A stretch of 64,000 bases of DNA. Origin: a virus. A program made the position numbers and the translations under genes. The stretch lies in IMG/VR virus record IMGVR_UViG_3300025383_001098; one strand, given 5' to 3'. Positions 55,169-64,000 of the stretch are shown here, piece by piece. The notes below the pieces were generated by a model, which saw only the letters and a list, made by a program, of their open reading frames with translations, had not been told where the DNA came from and ran no database searches. Numbering within the stretch: position 1 is the first letter of the stretch; every line of letters begins with the position of its first letter.

Positions 55169-55543
55169 ATGCCAAGAAAAGTGTTTAATTTAGAACGCGA
55201 TTTACGCAGTACGGATTGGATTATTTCAAAAGTCCGTGCCCATGAGATCTACGCTCAAAATTTATACGCCGCACTATGTAACAATGCCTATGCTCCAAGC
55301 GATGTTTGGGGTTTACTAAGCAATATTACCTGGGACTGTACTTGGCGATATGCGGCTACCTTGGTCTCGGACATTCGCGAAGACGAAAGCTACATAGATT
55401 GGTACTGTTCAGGTACCGGTTTTAAAGGTACAGACTTTACTGGTTTTGTAGAAGAAAGTTATGTTACCGAAGAAATAGAAAAGGATTTCAACACTATTGG
55501 ATGGTTGCTAACAACCAGAAGATATTACGAGTTTCCGGGTTAA
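55169..55543 (+). CDS. Hypothetical protein (paralogue of 54359..54736)
   Basis: Same motif set as 54359..54736. Confidence 0.7.
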   Translation: MPRKVFNLERDLRSTDWIISKVRAHEIYAQNLYAALCNNAYAPSDVWGLLSNITWDCTWRYAATLVSDIREDESYIDWYCSGTGFKGTDFTGFVEESYVTEEIEKDFNTIGWLLTTRRYYEFPG

Positions 55544-55747
55544 CTATGGATTATAGTAGCCGTTAACGAAATAATTTTTTTATTTCGTCTGGGCTAAATA
55601 AATTTGTAGTTCAAATTATTGACATATATATTTTAGTATGTTAATATCAACCAGTAATTAACACATTACTAACTTTACGAAAATAACATTGAAGATAGTA
55701 TGATACTATCGAATATGCGAAAATAACATTTAAAAAGGAATTAAACA

Positions 55748-56926
55748 ATGAAGAAGTTATTACTTGCTCTTGGCTTAACCATGTCTATTGGTTTCGCGCA
55801 AGCTCAATCAAATGTTACCGTATACGGTATCTTGGACGTAGGATATGTTGGTAGTAGTCAACAACTTACTTCCACAGCAGGACAAGCCGCTACTAAAACC
55901 ACAATCAATCAGTTTGGTCAATCAGCAGAACAAACTTCACGCTTTGGTTTTAAAGGCAACGAAGACCTTGGTGGTGGCACCAGTGCGTTCTTTACAACTG
56001 AGTTTCAGTTATATCCAGAAGACAATAATCTCTCTGGTAGTACAAATTCAGGTTTGTTGAACCGTCAAACTTTTGTTGGACTTAAACAAACAGGCATTGG
56101 CTCTTTTGCTGTTGGCCGTCAATATACTCCATTGTTTAATGCTGCGGCAGTGACAAGTCCTGGTGGATACAACAACGTTGTTGGTGACGTAGTTTATCTG
56201 GCCAGTGGTTCAGGTGCTGCAGGTACAAGTACAGCAACAACTATCACAGGTCAAGAAAACGGTCTTGGTTTTACCAACCGTGCTAACAATGCTATTACAT
56301 TCCAAACAGATACTTTCAAAGGTTTTTCTGCTAACGGTATGTATCAGCTAAACAACAAGAACACAACACAGACTGGTGCAGCCGCTGGTGGCGAAACTAA
56401 TCAATATGGTTATGGCTTGGCAGTTACTTATGTCTACGACAAATTGTTAATCAATGCCGCTAAACAATCATTCACACAATACACAACAGGTACAGCTGCA
56501 TCATTCACTGATGTGAATACTGCTTCTTTTGTAAGTATCAAAGACAGTCAAAACTATGCTGGTGCTACTTATGACTTTGGTATTTTAAAAGCCTATGCTC
56601 AATATGTTAGCCGTACTTTAACATCTACTTTAGATGGTAGTCAGTTTGGTAAACGTACAGCACAACAAATTGGTGTTCGTGGTTACTTTACACCAAAGAT
56701 TGAAGGCTGGGCAAGCGTTGGTAACGGTAAATGGGACCAATACGGTTCAAATGCTGGTAGCGTTCCATTCACAGCTTATCAACTTGGTACTAACTACTGG
56801 TTAAGCAAGCGTACTAACTTGTATGCAATCTTTGGTAGTACACAATCGTCTGGCAATGCAGCAACTACTGCTGGTGCAGACAGTTCAAAAGATATGTATG
56901 CCGTAGGTATGCGTCATACTTTCTAA
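55748..56926 (+). CDS. Betaproteobacterial-type trimeric outer-membrane porin
   Basis: AQAQSNVTVYGILD, SRFGFKG.EDLGGG, RQ.FVGL, LSKRT.LY and C-terminal GMRHTF. Confidence 0.93.
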   Translation: MKKLLLALGLTMSIGFAQAQSNVTVYGILDVGYVGSSQQLTSTAGQAATKTTINQFGQSAEQTSRFGFKGNEDLGGGTSAFFTTEFQLYPEDNNLSGSTNSGLLNRQTFVGLKQTGIGSFAVGRQYTPLFNAAAVTSPGGYNNVVGDVVYLASGSGAAGTSTATTITGQENGLGFTNRANNAITFQTDTFKGFSANGMYQLNNKNTTQTGAAAGGETNQYGYGLAVTYVYDKLLINAAKQSFTQYTTGTAASFTDVNTASFVSIKDSQNYAGATYDFGILKAYAQYVSRTLTSTLDGSQFGKRTAQQIGVRGYFTPKIEGWASVGNGKWDQYGSNAGSVPFTAYQLGTNYWLSKRTNLYAIFGSTQSSGNAATTAGADSSKDMYAVGMRHTF

Positions 56927-56946
56927 TTTAATTTAGATTAAACACT

Positions 56947-56970
56947 AAACCCACTTAGGTGGGTTTTTTG
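56947..56970 (+). terminator. Rho-independent terminator
   Basis: aaacccac-ttag-gtgggttt plus T tract. Confidence 0.8.
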
Positions 56971-57005
56971 TTGACTTTGTTTTTTCAAGAGTTTATAATC
57001 ATTGA

Positions 57006-57437
57006 ATGTCATATATTCCCACAACTTTTCCTGCAAACGTAACAGTACCAAACGGCGGAACCAGTCATTCATTATACGGTGCCGTCCCACCAACTGGTAA
57101 CGTAACCCTAACTGCCGGTACAGGTGTTACAAATTGGGCTACTACCGCCAGTTACAATTACAATACTGCCATAGCCGAACTTGGTGACAAAGGCGGGTCG
57201 GGTAAACTCATACTCAAAGGACCAGATGCCGATATTGAAATGAATGGTAAAAGTTTAGGCGAAGCTATAACAGCAATCGAAGAAGCATTACTAATTCCGG
57301 GCAGACTGAATCGAAATACCGAACTTGAAAAGGAATTTGCTGATCTTAAAGCCTTGGGCGAACAATATGTAGCAATGGAAAAGAAGTATCAAGAACAAAA
57401 ACGGGTATGGGACATACTCAAAAAGCAAGACCAGTAA
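57006..57437 (+). CDS. Hypothetical protein
   Basis: G.DADI..NG.SL......IE..L plus coiled coil. Confidence 0.65.
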   Translation: MSYIPTTFPANVTVPNGGTSHSLYGAVPPTGNVTLTAGTGVTNWATTASYNYNTAIAELGDKGGSGKLILKGPDADIEMNGKSLGEAITAIEEALLIPGRLNRNTELEKEFADLKALGEQYVAMEKKYQEQKRVWDILKKQDQ

Positions 57438-57461
57438 TTGCTTTTCGTGCTATAATAGTCT

Positions 57462-57677
57462 ATGGACTCTAAATCAAATTGCGTAGTACTTAATACATTT
57501 CACCTTAAACCTAATCAAATTGAAAACATCATACACTGGTGTAATCAACATTTTGGATCAGATAAATGGAACTTTATAACAAACTTCCCCAGTTACCATT
57601 GGAGGTTCTATTTACCCGACTCGCGATCAGAAACATTATTTAGATTAAAATGGAGTGGAAATGCCAATAACAATTAG
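57462..57677 (+). CDS. Mini-protein family member 1
   Basis: WC..HFG...F......TLFRLKW. Confidence 0.65.
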   Translation: MDSKSNCVVLNTFHLKPNQIENIIHWCNQHFGSDKWNFITNFPSYHWRFYLPDSRSETLFRLKWSGNANNN

Positions 57678-57915
57678 AGTAGATTGGGACACCAAGCGAA
57701 GTACAGGTCAAGAGTGGAATGAACTATTAGCCTGGACCGTTGAAACCTATGGCTTGCCCGGGGAACGTGTTAGTTTTCATCCCACACATGATTGGATGGA
57801 CTTTACATTTGATGATGAAAAAGATGCTCTTATGTTTCAGCTAAAAACAGGCGGACACCAACGTACCAAACAAGAATACACAATAGAATTTGTAAACGGG
57901 ATAATCAATGGTTAG
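57661..57915 (+). CDS. Mini-protein family member 2
   Basis: W.VETYG...FTFDDEKDALMFQLK. Confidence 0.65.
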   Translation: MPITIRVDWDTKRSTGQEWNELLAWTVETYGLPGERVSFHPTHDWMDFTFDDEKDALMFQLKTGGHQRTKQEYTIEFVNGIING

Positions 57916-58186
57916 AGAAGGTATATTGGTTAAAGAAATACTCATGGGCGACTGTGATGATCCTTACCTGTATGCGGCTTTTCCTATACACGAATGGGAA
58001 AAGACTGAAGAGTGTGCCTACATTAAAAAAAATTTAGACGAAGGCGACGAACTTGTATTTTTTGTCGACAATGATACATCACATTGGGGTTTTATAGTTC
58101 GCATATATGCCCCTTTAAAAGGCGAAGCTCTGACATTTTATCGTTTGAAGTATATGGGAGTAAATCAACATGTACGTATGGGATGA
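57908..58186 (+). CDS. Mini-protein family member 3
   Basis: C-terminal LTFYRLKY. Confidence 0.6.
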   Translation: MVREGILVKEILMGDCDDPYLYAAFPIHEWEKTEECAYIKKNLDEGDELVFFVDNDTSHWGFIVRIYAPLKGEALTFYRLKYMGVNQHVRMG

Positions 58187-58427
58187 GGAGAGTCGCAAAA
58201 AGTTTGAGCCAACGCAGGACATGCTCAGTCGATGCCATCGAGTCTTAATCGGCGATCCTGCGTTTCGTATGTGGCAAATGAAACGTTGGTGTCGCGAACA
58301 AGATTTAAGTTTGTTATGGTCCGAGATAATAGAAACAGCCGATGTTAGTATAGAGTTTGATCACGTGGCGGCCTTTTACTTTATCGATGCTAAGGATGCT
58401 ACTTTGTTTAGTTTAAAATATCGATGA
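58170..58427 (+). CDS. Mini-protein family member 4
   Basis: WC...FYFIDAKDATLFSLKY. Confidence 0.65.
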   Translation: MYVWDEESRKKFEPTQDMLSRCHRVLIGDPAFRMWQMKRWCREQDLSLLWSEIIETADVSIEFDHVAAFYFIDAKDATLFSLKYR

Positions 58428-58648
58428 CAAAAGTTGAATTATGGCCGCCGCCTGCTTGGACAGAAGTTATAATTCTGTGGAAGGATATTACAGAAGGGCC
58501 ACGCTATCCAATTAAAGAGATACTTGAATGGCTCAGTAGTCATCCAGGTGGCCGATATCATGTACACGGATATAAAAGTACTGAAGGGTTTGCTTTTAGA
58601 TTTGAAAGCGAAAATGATGCAACATTATTTAGATTGAGATGGGAATGA
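58424..58648 (+). CDS. Mini-protein family member 5
   Basis: WL...FRFESENDATLFRLRW. Confidence 0.65.
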   Translation: MTKVELWPPPAWTEVIILWKDITEGPRYPIKEILEWLSSHPGGRYHVHGYKSTEGFAFRFESENDATLFRLRWE

Positions 58649-58917
58649 TAGATTACTATTACGAAATTCGGCCTGATGTGACAGTATTTGGTTGTAGTGT
58701 ACGCTACCTTGCACGTTACGAGTTTCATCCTGGTGAAGCAAGTCGCGGTGAATTTAAGTTGCACGACGAAGCTCTAAGGAATAGTCATCGTGTATGGATG
58801 CAAAATCGCAATGGCACATTTTTAGTACAAGAGCGTGGCAGAGATGTACTACGGCCTATTGCTGAACGAGAGTTTGCCTGGATTAAACTACAAGCTCGGG
58901 ACATTGAACAGTTATGA
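58645..58917 (+). CDS. Hypothetical protein
   Basis: Coupled ORF. Confidence 0.55.
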   Translation: MIDYYYEIRPDVTVFGCSVRYLARYEFHPGEASRGEFKLHDEALRNSHRVWMQNRNGTFLVQERGRDVLRPIAEREFAWIKLQARDIEQL

Positions 58918-59156
58918 ATCCCTATCAGTATCGGATAACCCGGGAGCAATACGAAGAGTTTCTTAAGGACTTGGTGTGGACACGTCTTAAGGCGCCCGAC
59001 TACCGTTTTGGACAAGCATTCCTTAACTACTTTCCCGAGATCAGTAAGATTATGCGTGAAGATGGAGACCTGGGCACCCAAAGTGAATATGTATTGTACA
59101 ATGAAGAATGGGAACCAACGGCACGTATGCGATGTGAGCAGTGGGTGGAGAAATGA
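58914..59156 (+). CDS. Hypothetical protein
   Basis: R.GQAF.N.F motif. Confidence 0.6.
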   Translation: MNPYQYRITREQYEEFLKDLVWTRLKAPDYRFGQAFLNYFPEISKIMREDGDLGTQSEYVLYNEEWEPTARMRCEQWVEK

Positions 59157-59392
59157 CTGTAGCTTATAAAGTAGCCGCTGGTTTCGCTGGTAAACGCAGA
59201 AGTGCCAGCTCACGATTTGAGGAGCCGGTAAAGAATCCTTGGGAGCCATATCAGCTAAAGATATTTCCTAAAAAAATTAATGATCGTTGGTATGCGCCAG
59301 GAGACATGGTCTATCGTCGATTTGTATCCAGTCCCGGTGGTGGTTACTGGCAGTATGGTGACGATTTTGACTATTTAAAGTGGCGCTCGTGA
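59153..59392 (+). CDS. Hypothetical protein
   Basis: Coupled ORF. Confidence 0.5.
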   Translation: MTVAYKVAAGFAGKRRSASSRFEEPVKNPWEPYQLKIFPKKINDRWYAPGDMVYRRFVSSPGGGYWQYGDDFDYLKWRS

Positions 59393-59595
59393 TCAATTGG
59401 TCTTGGTTAATTGCTCGTTTTATTTCGGCCCTGGGATCATGGTTAGATGCCAGCAACCTAAGAAATCGTGTATATAAACTTGAACAAGAGAAGGAAATCA
59501 TGTATACTGCATTAGAGGATGTACGACGCATGGACCCAGAAGGGCGCATTGGCTGGTATGCCAAATCAGTATTGGATAATATAGATGGGAAATAA
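59389..59595 (+). CDS. Hypothetical protein
   Basis: Coupled ORF. Confidence 0.5.
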   Translation: MINWSWLIARFISALGSWLDASNLRNRVYKLEQEKEIMYTALEDVRRMDPEGRIGWYAKSVLDNIDGK

Positions 59596-60001
59596 ACAAT
59601 TACTAATCGGAGTTACATTTATAGCAATCTCACTGGCCTTTGGCTTGGGAGGATTTGCCTATACTGTCGGAACTCCAGACGATGCAGGGCCCGGGTTCTT
59701 TCCCTTGGTAGTCAGCGTGTCGTTGGGACTTCTTGGCGTATGTTCAGTTATTAAAAGTTTTTTTAACAGAGACACAGTAACATTAAAATTAAGAAACCTT
59801 GCAATAATTACCGCTTCATTATTGGCCTTTGCTGTTGCAACAGAATATATTAACATTGTTGTTGGTATTGTATTGTTGGTAATTACATCATCGTTTGCCA
59901 GTGAAAAATATTCAATAAAAAATGTTGTATTGATTTCTGCAGGATTAGTTGTAGTTGCATATCTATTTAAATATCTTTTAGGGCTAAATTTACCACTATG
60001 A
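59585..60001 (+). CDS. tctB: TctB small membrane subunit
   Basis: G....GPGFFP, 4 TMs, ends LGLNLP; precedes tctA. Confidence 0.85.
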   Translation: MGNKQLLIGVTFIAISLAFGLGGFAYTVGTPDDAGPGFFPLVVSVSLGLLGVCSVIKSFFNRDTVTLKLRNLAIITASLLAFAVATEYINIVVGIVLLVITSSFASEKYSIKNVVLISAGLVVVAYLFKYLLGLNLPL

Positions 60002-61497
60002 TAGACACACTAAATTATCTTGTAATGGGATTTGGCCATGCCCTTACTGTTCAAAATTTACTTTATTGCGCCATTGGGTGTTTCATCGGAACGTTAATAG
60101 GGCTACTACCTGGTCTTGGACCAATTTCTACTATTAGCCTATTATTGCCACTGACTTATACCATGCCCACTACAGGTGCTCTCATTATGCTTGCCGGCAT
60201 TTACTATGGCGCACAGTATGGAGATAGCGTCAGTGCTATTACTATGAAGATTCCCCACGCATCAAGCATAGTTGCCTGTATAGATGGATATCAAATGCAT
60301 CTCAATGGGCAAACAGGCCTGGCTTTGTTTACTGCCGGTGTTAGTAGTTTTATAGGCGGGACAGTTGCTGCTGTAGTAATTGTATTTTTTGCACCTGTAT
60401 TGGGAGAAATGTCATTCTTATTTGGCCCAAATGAATACTGTATGCTGATGCTGTTGGGCTTTGTCTGCGTTAGTTTGATTACCACAGGAAGTCTGCTTAA
60501 TGGACTTGGTATGGTGTCTATAGGAATATTAGTCGGCATGGTTGGTACAGATGTCAACAGTGGTGTGACTCGTTACGCCATGGGCTTACCATTCTTAATG
60601 GACGGAATAGGAATCATCAGCGTAGCAATAGGTAGCTTTGGCCTGGCTGAAATAATTAAAAATTTAGACAATCGAGATGAACGTACACCCTTTACAGGCA
60701 ATATCAAATTGATTCCAACCTGGGCAGAGTTTAAACGTATCATACCTTCGGCATTGCGTGGTAGCGTTGTTGGTAGTTTCTTGGGATTATTACCTGGAGG
60801 TGGCCCGACTATTGCTCAGTACGGTGCTTATGCTGTAGACAAAAAGTTTAGTCGATATCGAGATGAAATGGGCAAGGGTGCAATAGAAGGAGTTGCCGGA
60901 CAGGCCGCTGCAGATGAAGCCGCAGCTCGTACAAGTTTTATTCCTTTATTATCAATTGGCATTCCTGAAAATGCTGTTATGGCCTTGATGTTAGGTGCGT
61001 TAATGATCAAAGGCATCACACCAGGTCCGCAGATGATTACCAAACACTCAGAAGTGTTTTGGGGTCTGATTGCTTCCATGTGGATTGGCAATGTGTTCTT
61101 GTTGATATTAAACGTGCCACTGGTCAAATACTGGTTAAGTATTTTTAAGATTCCTTATAGTGTACTTTTTCCTTGTATTTTATTCTTTTGTTGCTTAGGT
61201 ACATTCAGTGGCAATAACAATATCAGCGACATCTATACTACGGCTATATTTGGTATCATGGGCTATTGGTTTTTAAAATTGGGACTTGAAGCGGCTCCGC
61301 TGATGTTGGGCTATATTTTAGGACCCATGCTGGAAGAACACTTTAGACGTGCTATGATGATCAGCAGGGGTAGCTTCAGCCCGTTTTGGGAACGCCCAAT
61401 TAGCTGTACTATGTTGATTTTAATAGGATTTTTTATTGTTTATAGCCTATATTCCTGGTTGACCAATAAAGGAAGAAGTGCTATAATAAAAGTGTAG
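59998..61497 (+). CDS. tctA: TctA large membrane subunit
   Basis: GTLIGLLPGLG and GSFLGLLPGGG signatures, IYYGAQYG and IPLLSIGIP. Confidence 0.95.
   Translation: MIDTLNYLVMGFGHALTVQNLLYCAIGCFIGTLIGLLPGLGPISTISLLLPLTYTMPTTGALIMLAGIYYGAQYGDSVSAITMKIPHASSIVACIDGYQMHLNGQTGLALFTAGVSSFIGGTVAAVVIVFFAPVLGEMSFLFGPNEYCMLMLLGFVCVSLITTGSLLNGLGMVSIGILVGMVGTDVNSGVTRYAMGLPFLMDGIGIISVAIGSFGLAEIIKNLDNRDERTPFTGNIKLIPTWAEFKRIIPSALRGSVVGSFLGLLPGGGPTIAQYGAYAVDKKFSRYRDEMGKGAIEGVAGQAAADEAAARTSFIPLLSIGIPENAVMALMLGALMIKGITPGPQMITKHSEVFWGLIASMWIGNVFLLILNVPLVKYWLSIFKIPYSVLFPCILFFCCLGTFSGNNNISDIYTTAIFGIMGYWFLKLGLEAAPLMLGYILGPMLEEHFRRAMMISRGSFSPFWERPISCTMLILIGFFIVYSLYSWLTNKGRSAIIKV
61459..61487 (+). promoter_or_regulatory. 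Early promoter
   Basis: TTGACC-17-TATAAT inside the tctA 3' end. Confidence 0.7.
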
Positions 61498-61529
61498 TAA
61501 AAGATTAACTTAACTTCGGAAAGTAAAAT

Positions 61530-61778
61530 ATGGTAAAATTAAATAAGTATGTAGTAAAAGCAACAATTCAAACTGCGGCATTCTTTGCTGTAGCGGTTAC
61601 AATATCATCCGTGACCGCTTTGATATTAGAATATCTTCAACCCACAGGAACCCAAATTTTGGGAACCTTGGCTATTGTGGCCATGTTGTTTTGCATCTAT
61701 AATATGATCAAAATACAAGCTGGTATTTTAGAATCACGAGACAAATTAAATAAACAAATCGACAAAGTAGTAAAATGA
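61530..61778 (+). CDS. Two-TM membrane protein
   Basis: Two hydrophobic helices. Confidence 0.6.
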   Translation: MVKLNKYVVKATIQTAAFFAVAVTISSVTALILEYLQPTGTQILGTLAIVAMLFCIYNMIKIQAGILESRDKLNKQIDKVVK

Positions 61779-62446
61779 AAATCTATATCTCTAACTATCG
61801 CAATCATTGGCTGTCACCCTATACAATCCTAAAGACTGTATGTTTTTGGGAACGGGACGAGGACGTATTTTACAACCACGAAGATAAACCCGGACACAAA
61901 TATGATCGCTGGGTTGAACTTTTAGATCCCGTCTGTGGTGCATTACGCAAGTTTCTTGACCTTGTACACCCCAGGATTAACTATATTAAAATTGATCGTT
62001 ATGACACTTGGTCAATGGATCATACACTAAGTCCCATTATCTTGCCTATGCTTCGACAGTTGCGTGATACCAAACACGGTGCTCCGCATGTCGATGACGA
62101 AGATGTTCCAGACTTGCTAAAGTCCACTTCAGCACCGCCCAAAGAAAATGATTGGGACACAGATGACAATTGGTTTAAGCGTTGGGATTATGTACTCAAC
62201 GAAATGATCTTTGCATTTGAACATAAGGTAGACGATTCGTGGGAAGATGCATTCCGTACAGGTAAAATGAGTCACAAAACAGTTGCCTGTGAATGGGACG
62301 AGAACGGTAAAGCTACGATGTACCAGTGGGAAGAACTACCGGACCATACTTACAAATATGACTATGATGGTGCTAACAAAGTACACGAACGTATTCAAAA
62401 CGGCTTTTGCTTGTTTGGAAAATATTATCAAAACTTGTGGGATTAA
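61775..62446 (+). CDS. Conserved phage hypothetical protein
   Basis: DTWSMD.TL..II.PML..L....HG.P...W...L.EMI.AF...GF.LFGKYY..LWD. Confidence 0.7.
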   Translation: MKIYISNYRNHWLSPYTILKTVCFWERDEDVFYNHEDKPGHKYDRWVELLDPVCGALRKFLDLVHPRINYIKIDRYDTWSMDHTLSPIILPMLRQLRDTKHGAPHVDDEDVPDLLKSTSAPPKENDWDTDDNWFKRWDYVLNEMIFAFEHKVDDSWEDAFRTGKMSHKTVACEWDENGKATMYQWEELPDHTYKYDYDGANKVHERIQNGFCLFGKYYQNLWD

Positions 62447-62448
62447 CA

Positions 62449-63279
62449 ATGCGTATTAACTTAATGTCAGACTTGCATCTTGAATTTGCGGACCTTACAT
62501 TGCCCGGCGGTGATGTACTAATCTTGTCTGGTGACTTATGCGAAGCTAAAAATATTAAAAAAGAACTTTACAATCGAGATATGGTTTTACTTGAGCACGA
62601 ACAACAAGATCGTAGACCGGATCGCTGGTTCCGTTTCTTAGAAGAAGAGTGTAGCAAGTACCGAGAAGTCGTTTATGTAATGGGCAACCATGAACACTAT
62701 GGCTTTCAGTTTCAGAAAACCTATGCCCATATTGCCAGTCAGTTGCCCGACAATGTACACCTGTTGGAAAATCAAACTTATACAGTCGAGGATGTGACCT
62801 TTGTAGGTGCTACCTTATGGACTGATATGAACAAGCAGGATCCCTTGACTATGTATCATATGCAACAGGCAATGAATGATTATCGTCAAGTTACCATGTT
62901 TAACGAAGCCAAATCAGTTTACCATCGTTTGACTCCAGAACGTACTGTAGAGGATCATTACCGATCTAAAAACTTTATTCGCGAAACAGTAGAAAATAAG
63001 TTTGATCAAAAGTTTGTTGTTGTTACACACCATGCACCCAGCAAGGCCAGCGTCAAGCCACGCTATGCCGATGATCATTTAATGAATGGCGCCTACAGTT
63101 CAGACCTAAGCGAATTTATTTTGGCTAACCCGCAGATCAAAGCATGGACTCACGGGCACACGCACGATCTGTTTGATTACATGGTTGGATCAACACGTAT
63201 TATGTGTAACCCACGTGGTTATAAATATTATGAGGAACGTGCCGAAGAATTTGACCCCAGCTTTGGATTTGATATTTAA
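62449..63279 (+). CDS. Calcineurin-like metallophosphoesterase
   Basis: SDLHLEF, GD, GNHE, THHAP, HGHTH and NPRGY. Confidence 0.9.
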   Translation: MRINLMSDLHLEFADLTLPGGDVLILSGDLCEAKNIKKELYNRDMVLLEHEQQDRRPDRWFRFLEEECSKYREVVYVMGNHEHYGFQFQKTYAHIASQLPDNVHLLENQTYTVEDVTFVGATLWTDMNKQDPLTMYHMQQAMNDYRQVTMFNEAKSVYHRLTPERTVEDHYRSKNFIRETVENKFDQKFVVVTHHAPSKASVKPRYADDHLMNGAYSSDLSEFILANPQIKAWTHGHTHDLFDYMVGSTRIMCNPRGYKYYEERAEEFDPSFGFDI

Positions 63280-64000
63280 TGACACAAGCTCATCTAACTA
63301 CGCGAGACAATTCAAAAATTCAAATTGAATTTCTTGATAATCCGTTTGTGGATGAGTTTGTTGCTCACCTTAAAATCATAAAAGATCTTTTTAAATTGTC
63401 CAGTCGCCCACAAACTATTCCTCCGGCGCATTGCCAGTCATGGGGGTCAACTCGAGTTGAACGATGCCAGCAAGACATTGTTGATGCTGTTAATAGATTA
63501 AACACCCTGGGATTGAAATTTCCTATTCCTGTAGAAGAAATAGTTTTTAAACAAGGTGAGTATGATAGTAGACAATTATTAAATCGTCTACACCGACATT
63601 TTACTACCAGTCATCGTAGTGTAAGTCATAATGAACCTGTTTACACCTGGCAGGATAATACTGATTTTACTTTTGAGTTAGATTTTTCACAAGTAGATGA
63701 ATTTACTCAACAAGTACACCGTATTAACACAGCCGTACACTCAATCGAACCTTTTTATGTTGGCGGCACCGATATTCGTGGCAATATGCGTATACGCAGA
63801 TTTCCTTATCATACCGAATATCAAGTCTTGTTTGACAGCTTTAGGCCAATAGACCCTGCTAACAATCCGCAGGACATTTATTTTCAAGATATCAAGCAAG
63901 AACACTATCAGTATGCTTCTGACAAGGTGGACTATGATGTTTGGCTACCTTTACATCAGATACAGGGCAAAAATTATTGGGTGTGCTATTTTGATGATGA
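63279..64000 (+). CDS. Hypothetical protein, runs off the window end
   Basis: TAATG coupling; frame MTQAHL...LLNRLHRHF appears open to the edge. Confidence 0.6.
   Translation, partial: MTQAHLTTRDNSKIQIEFLDNPFVDEFVAHLKIIKDLFKLSSRPQTIPPAHCQSWGSTRVERCQQDIVDAVNRLNTLGLKFPIPVEEIVFKQGEYDSRQLLNRLHRHFTTSHRSVSHNEPVYTWQDNTDFTFELDFSQVDEFTQQVHRINTAVHSIEPFYVGGTDIRGNMRIRRFPYHTEYQVLFDSFRPIDPANNPQDIYFQDIKQEHYQYASDKVDYDVWLPLHQIQGKNYWVCYFDD

Noticed and set aside
1-64000. CRISPR array
   Set aside because: No regularly spaced direct repeats with unique spacers seen
1-64000. Stop-codon recoding as in some jumbo phages
   Set aside because: Recognisable genes are full length in the standard code, and TAA, TGA and TAG all end genes at expected positions
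1-64000. Bacterial chromosome origin suggested by porin, tctAB, ahpCD and csgG
   Set aside because: These genes are interspersed with phage-type small ORF clusters, a phage-type ligase and T4-like promoters, with no housekeeping operons

Overview
Gene-dense, AT-rich, mostly plus-strand segment of a large tailed dsDNA phage, most likely a T4-like or jumbo myophage. The host is probably a freshwater Betaproteobacterium: the window has a Burkholderiales-type porin, TctABC genes and an ANDEQFALAA tmRNA tag. It has strong sigma70-type early promoters, TAAATA-type late promoters and the standard genetic code; no core capsid or replication module is present apart from a DNA ligase and an exonuclease. 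Host-takeover content: (1) a curli-like secretion operon (CsgF, CsgG-SH3b, two curlin-repeat proteins, FecR) near a CHASE2 class III cyclase; (2) a PlcP plus GT4 pair with a desaturase, suggesting lipid remodelling; (3) a sugar-modification cluster with an amidinotransferase; (4) phasin-like and DUF3563-like genes sharing a TTGC-N-TTGCA box; (5) late enzymes whose N-termini resemble capsid-targeting sequences; (6) a circularly permuted two-piece tmRNA with a long structured intervening sequence and two neighbouring unannotated structured RNAs; (7) a symmetric PP-loop ATPase / TctC / 2OG-oxygenase cassette; (8) AhpCD, UvsE, porin, TctAB and arrays of small paralogues. All family calls come from motif recognition by eye, with no database searches.
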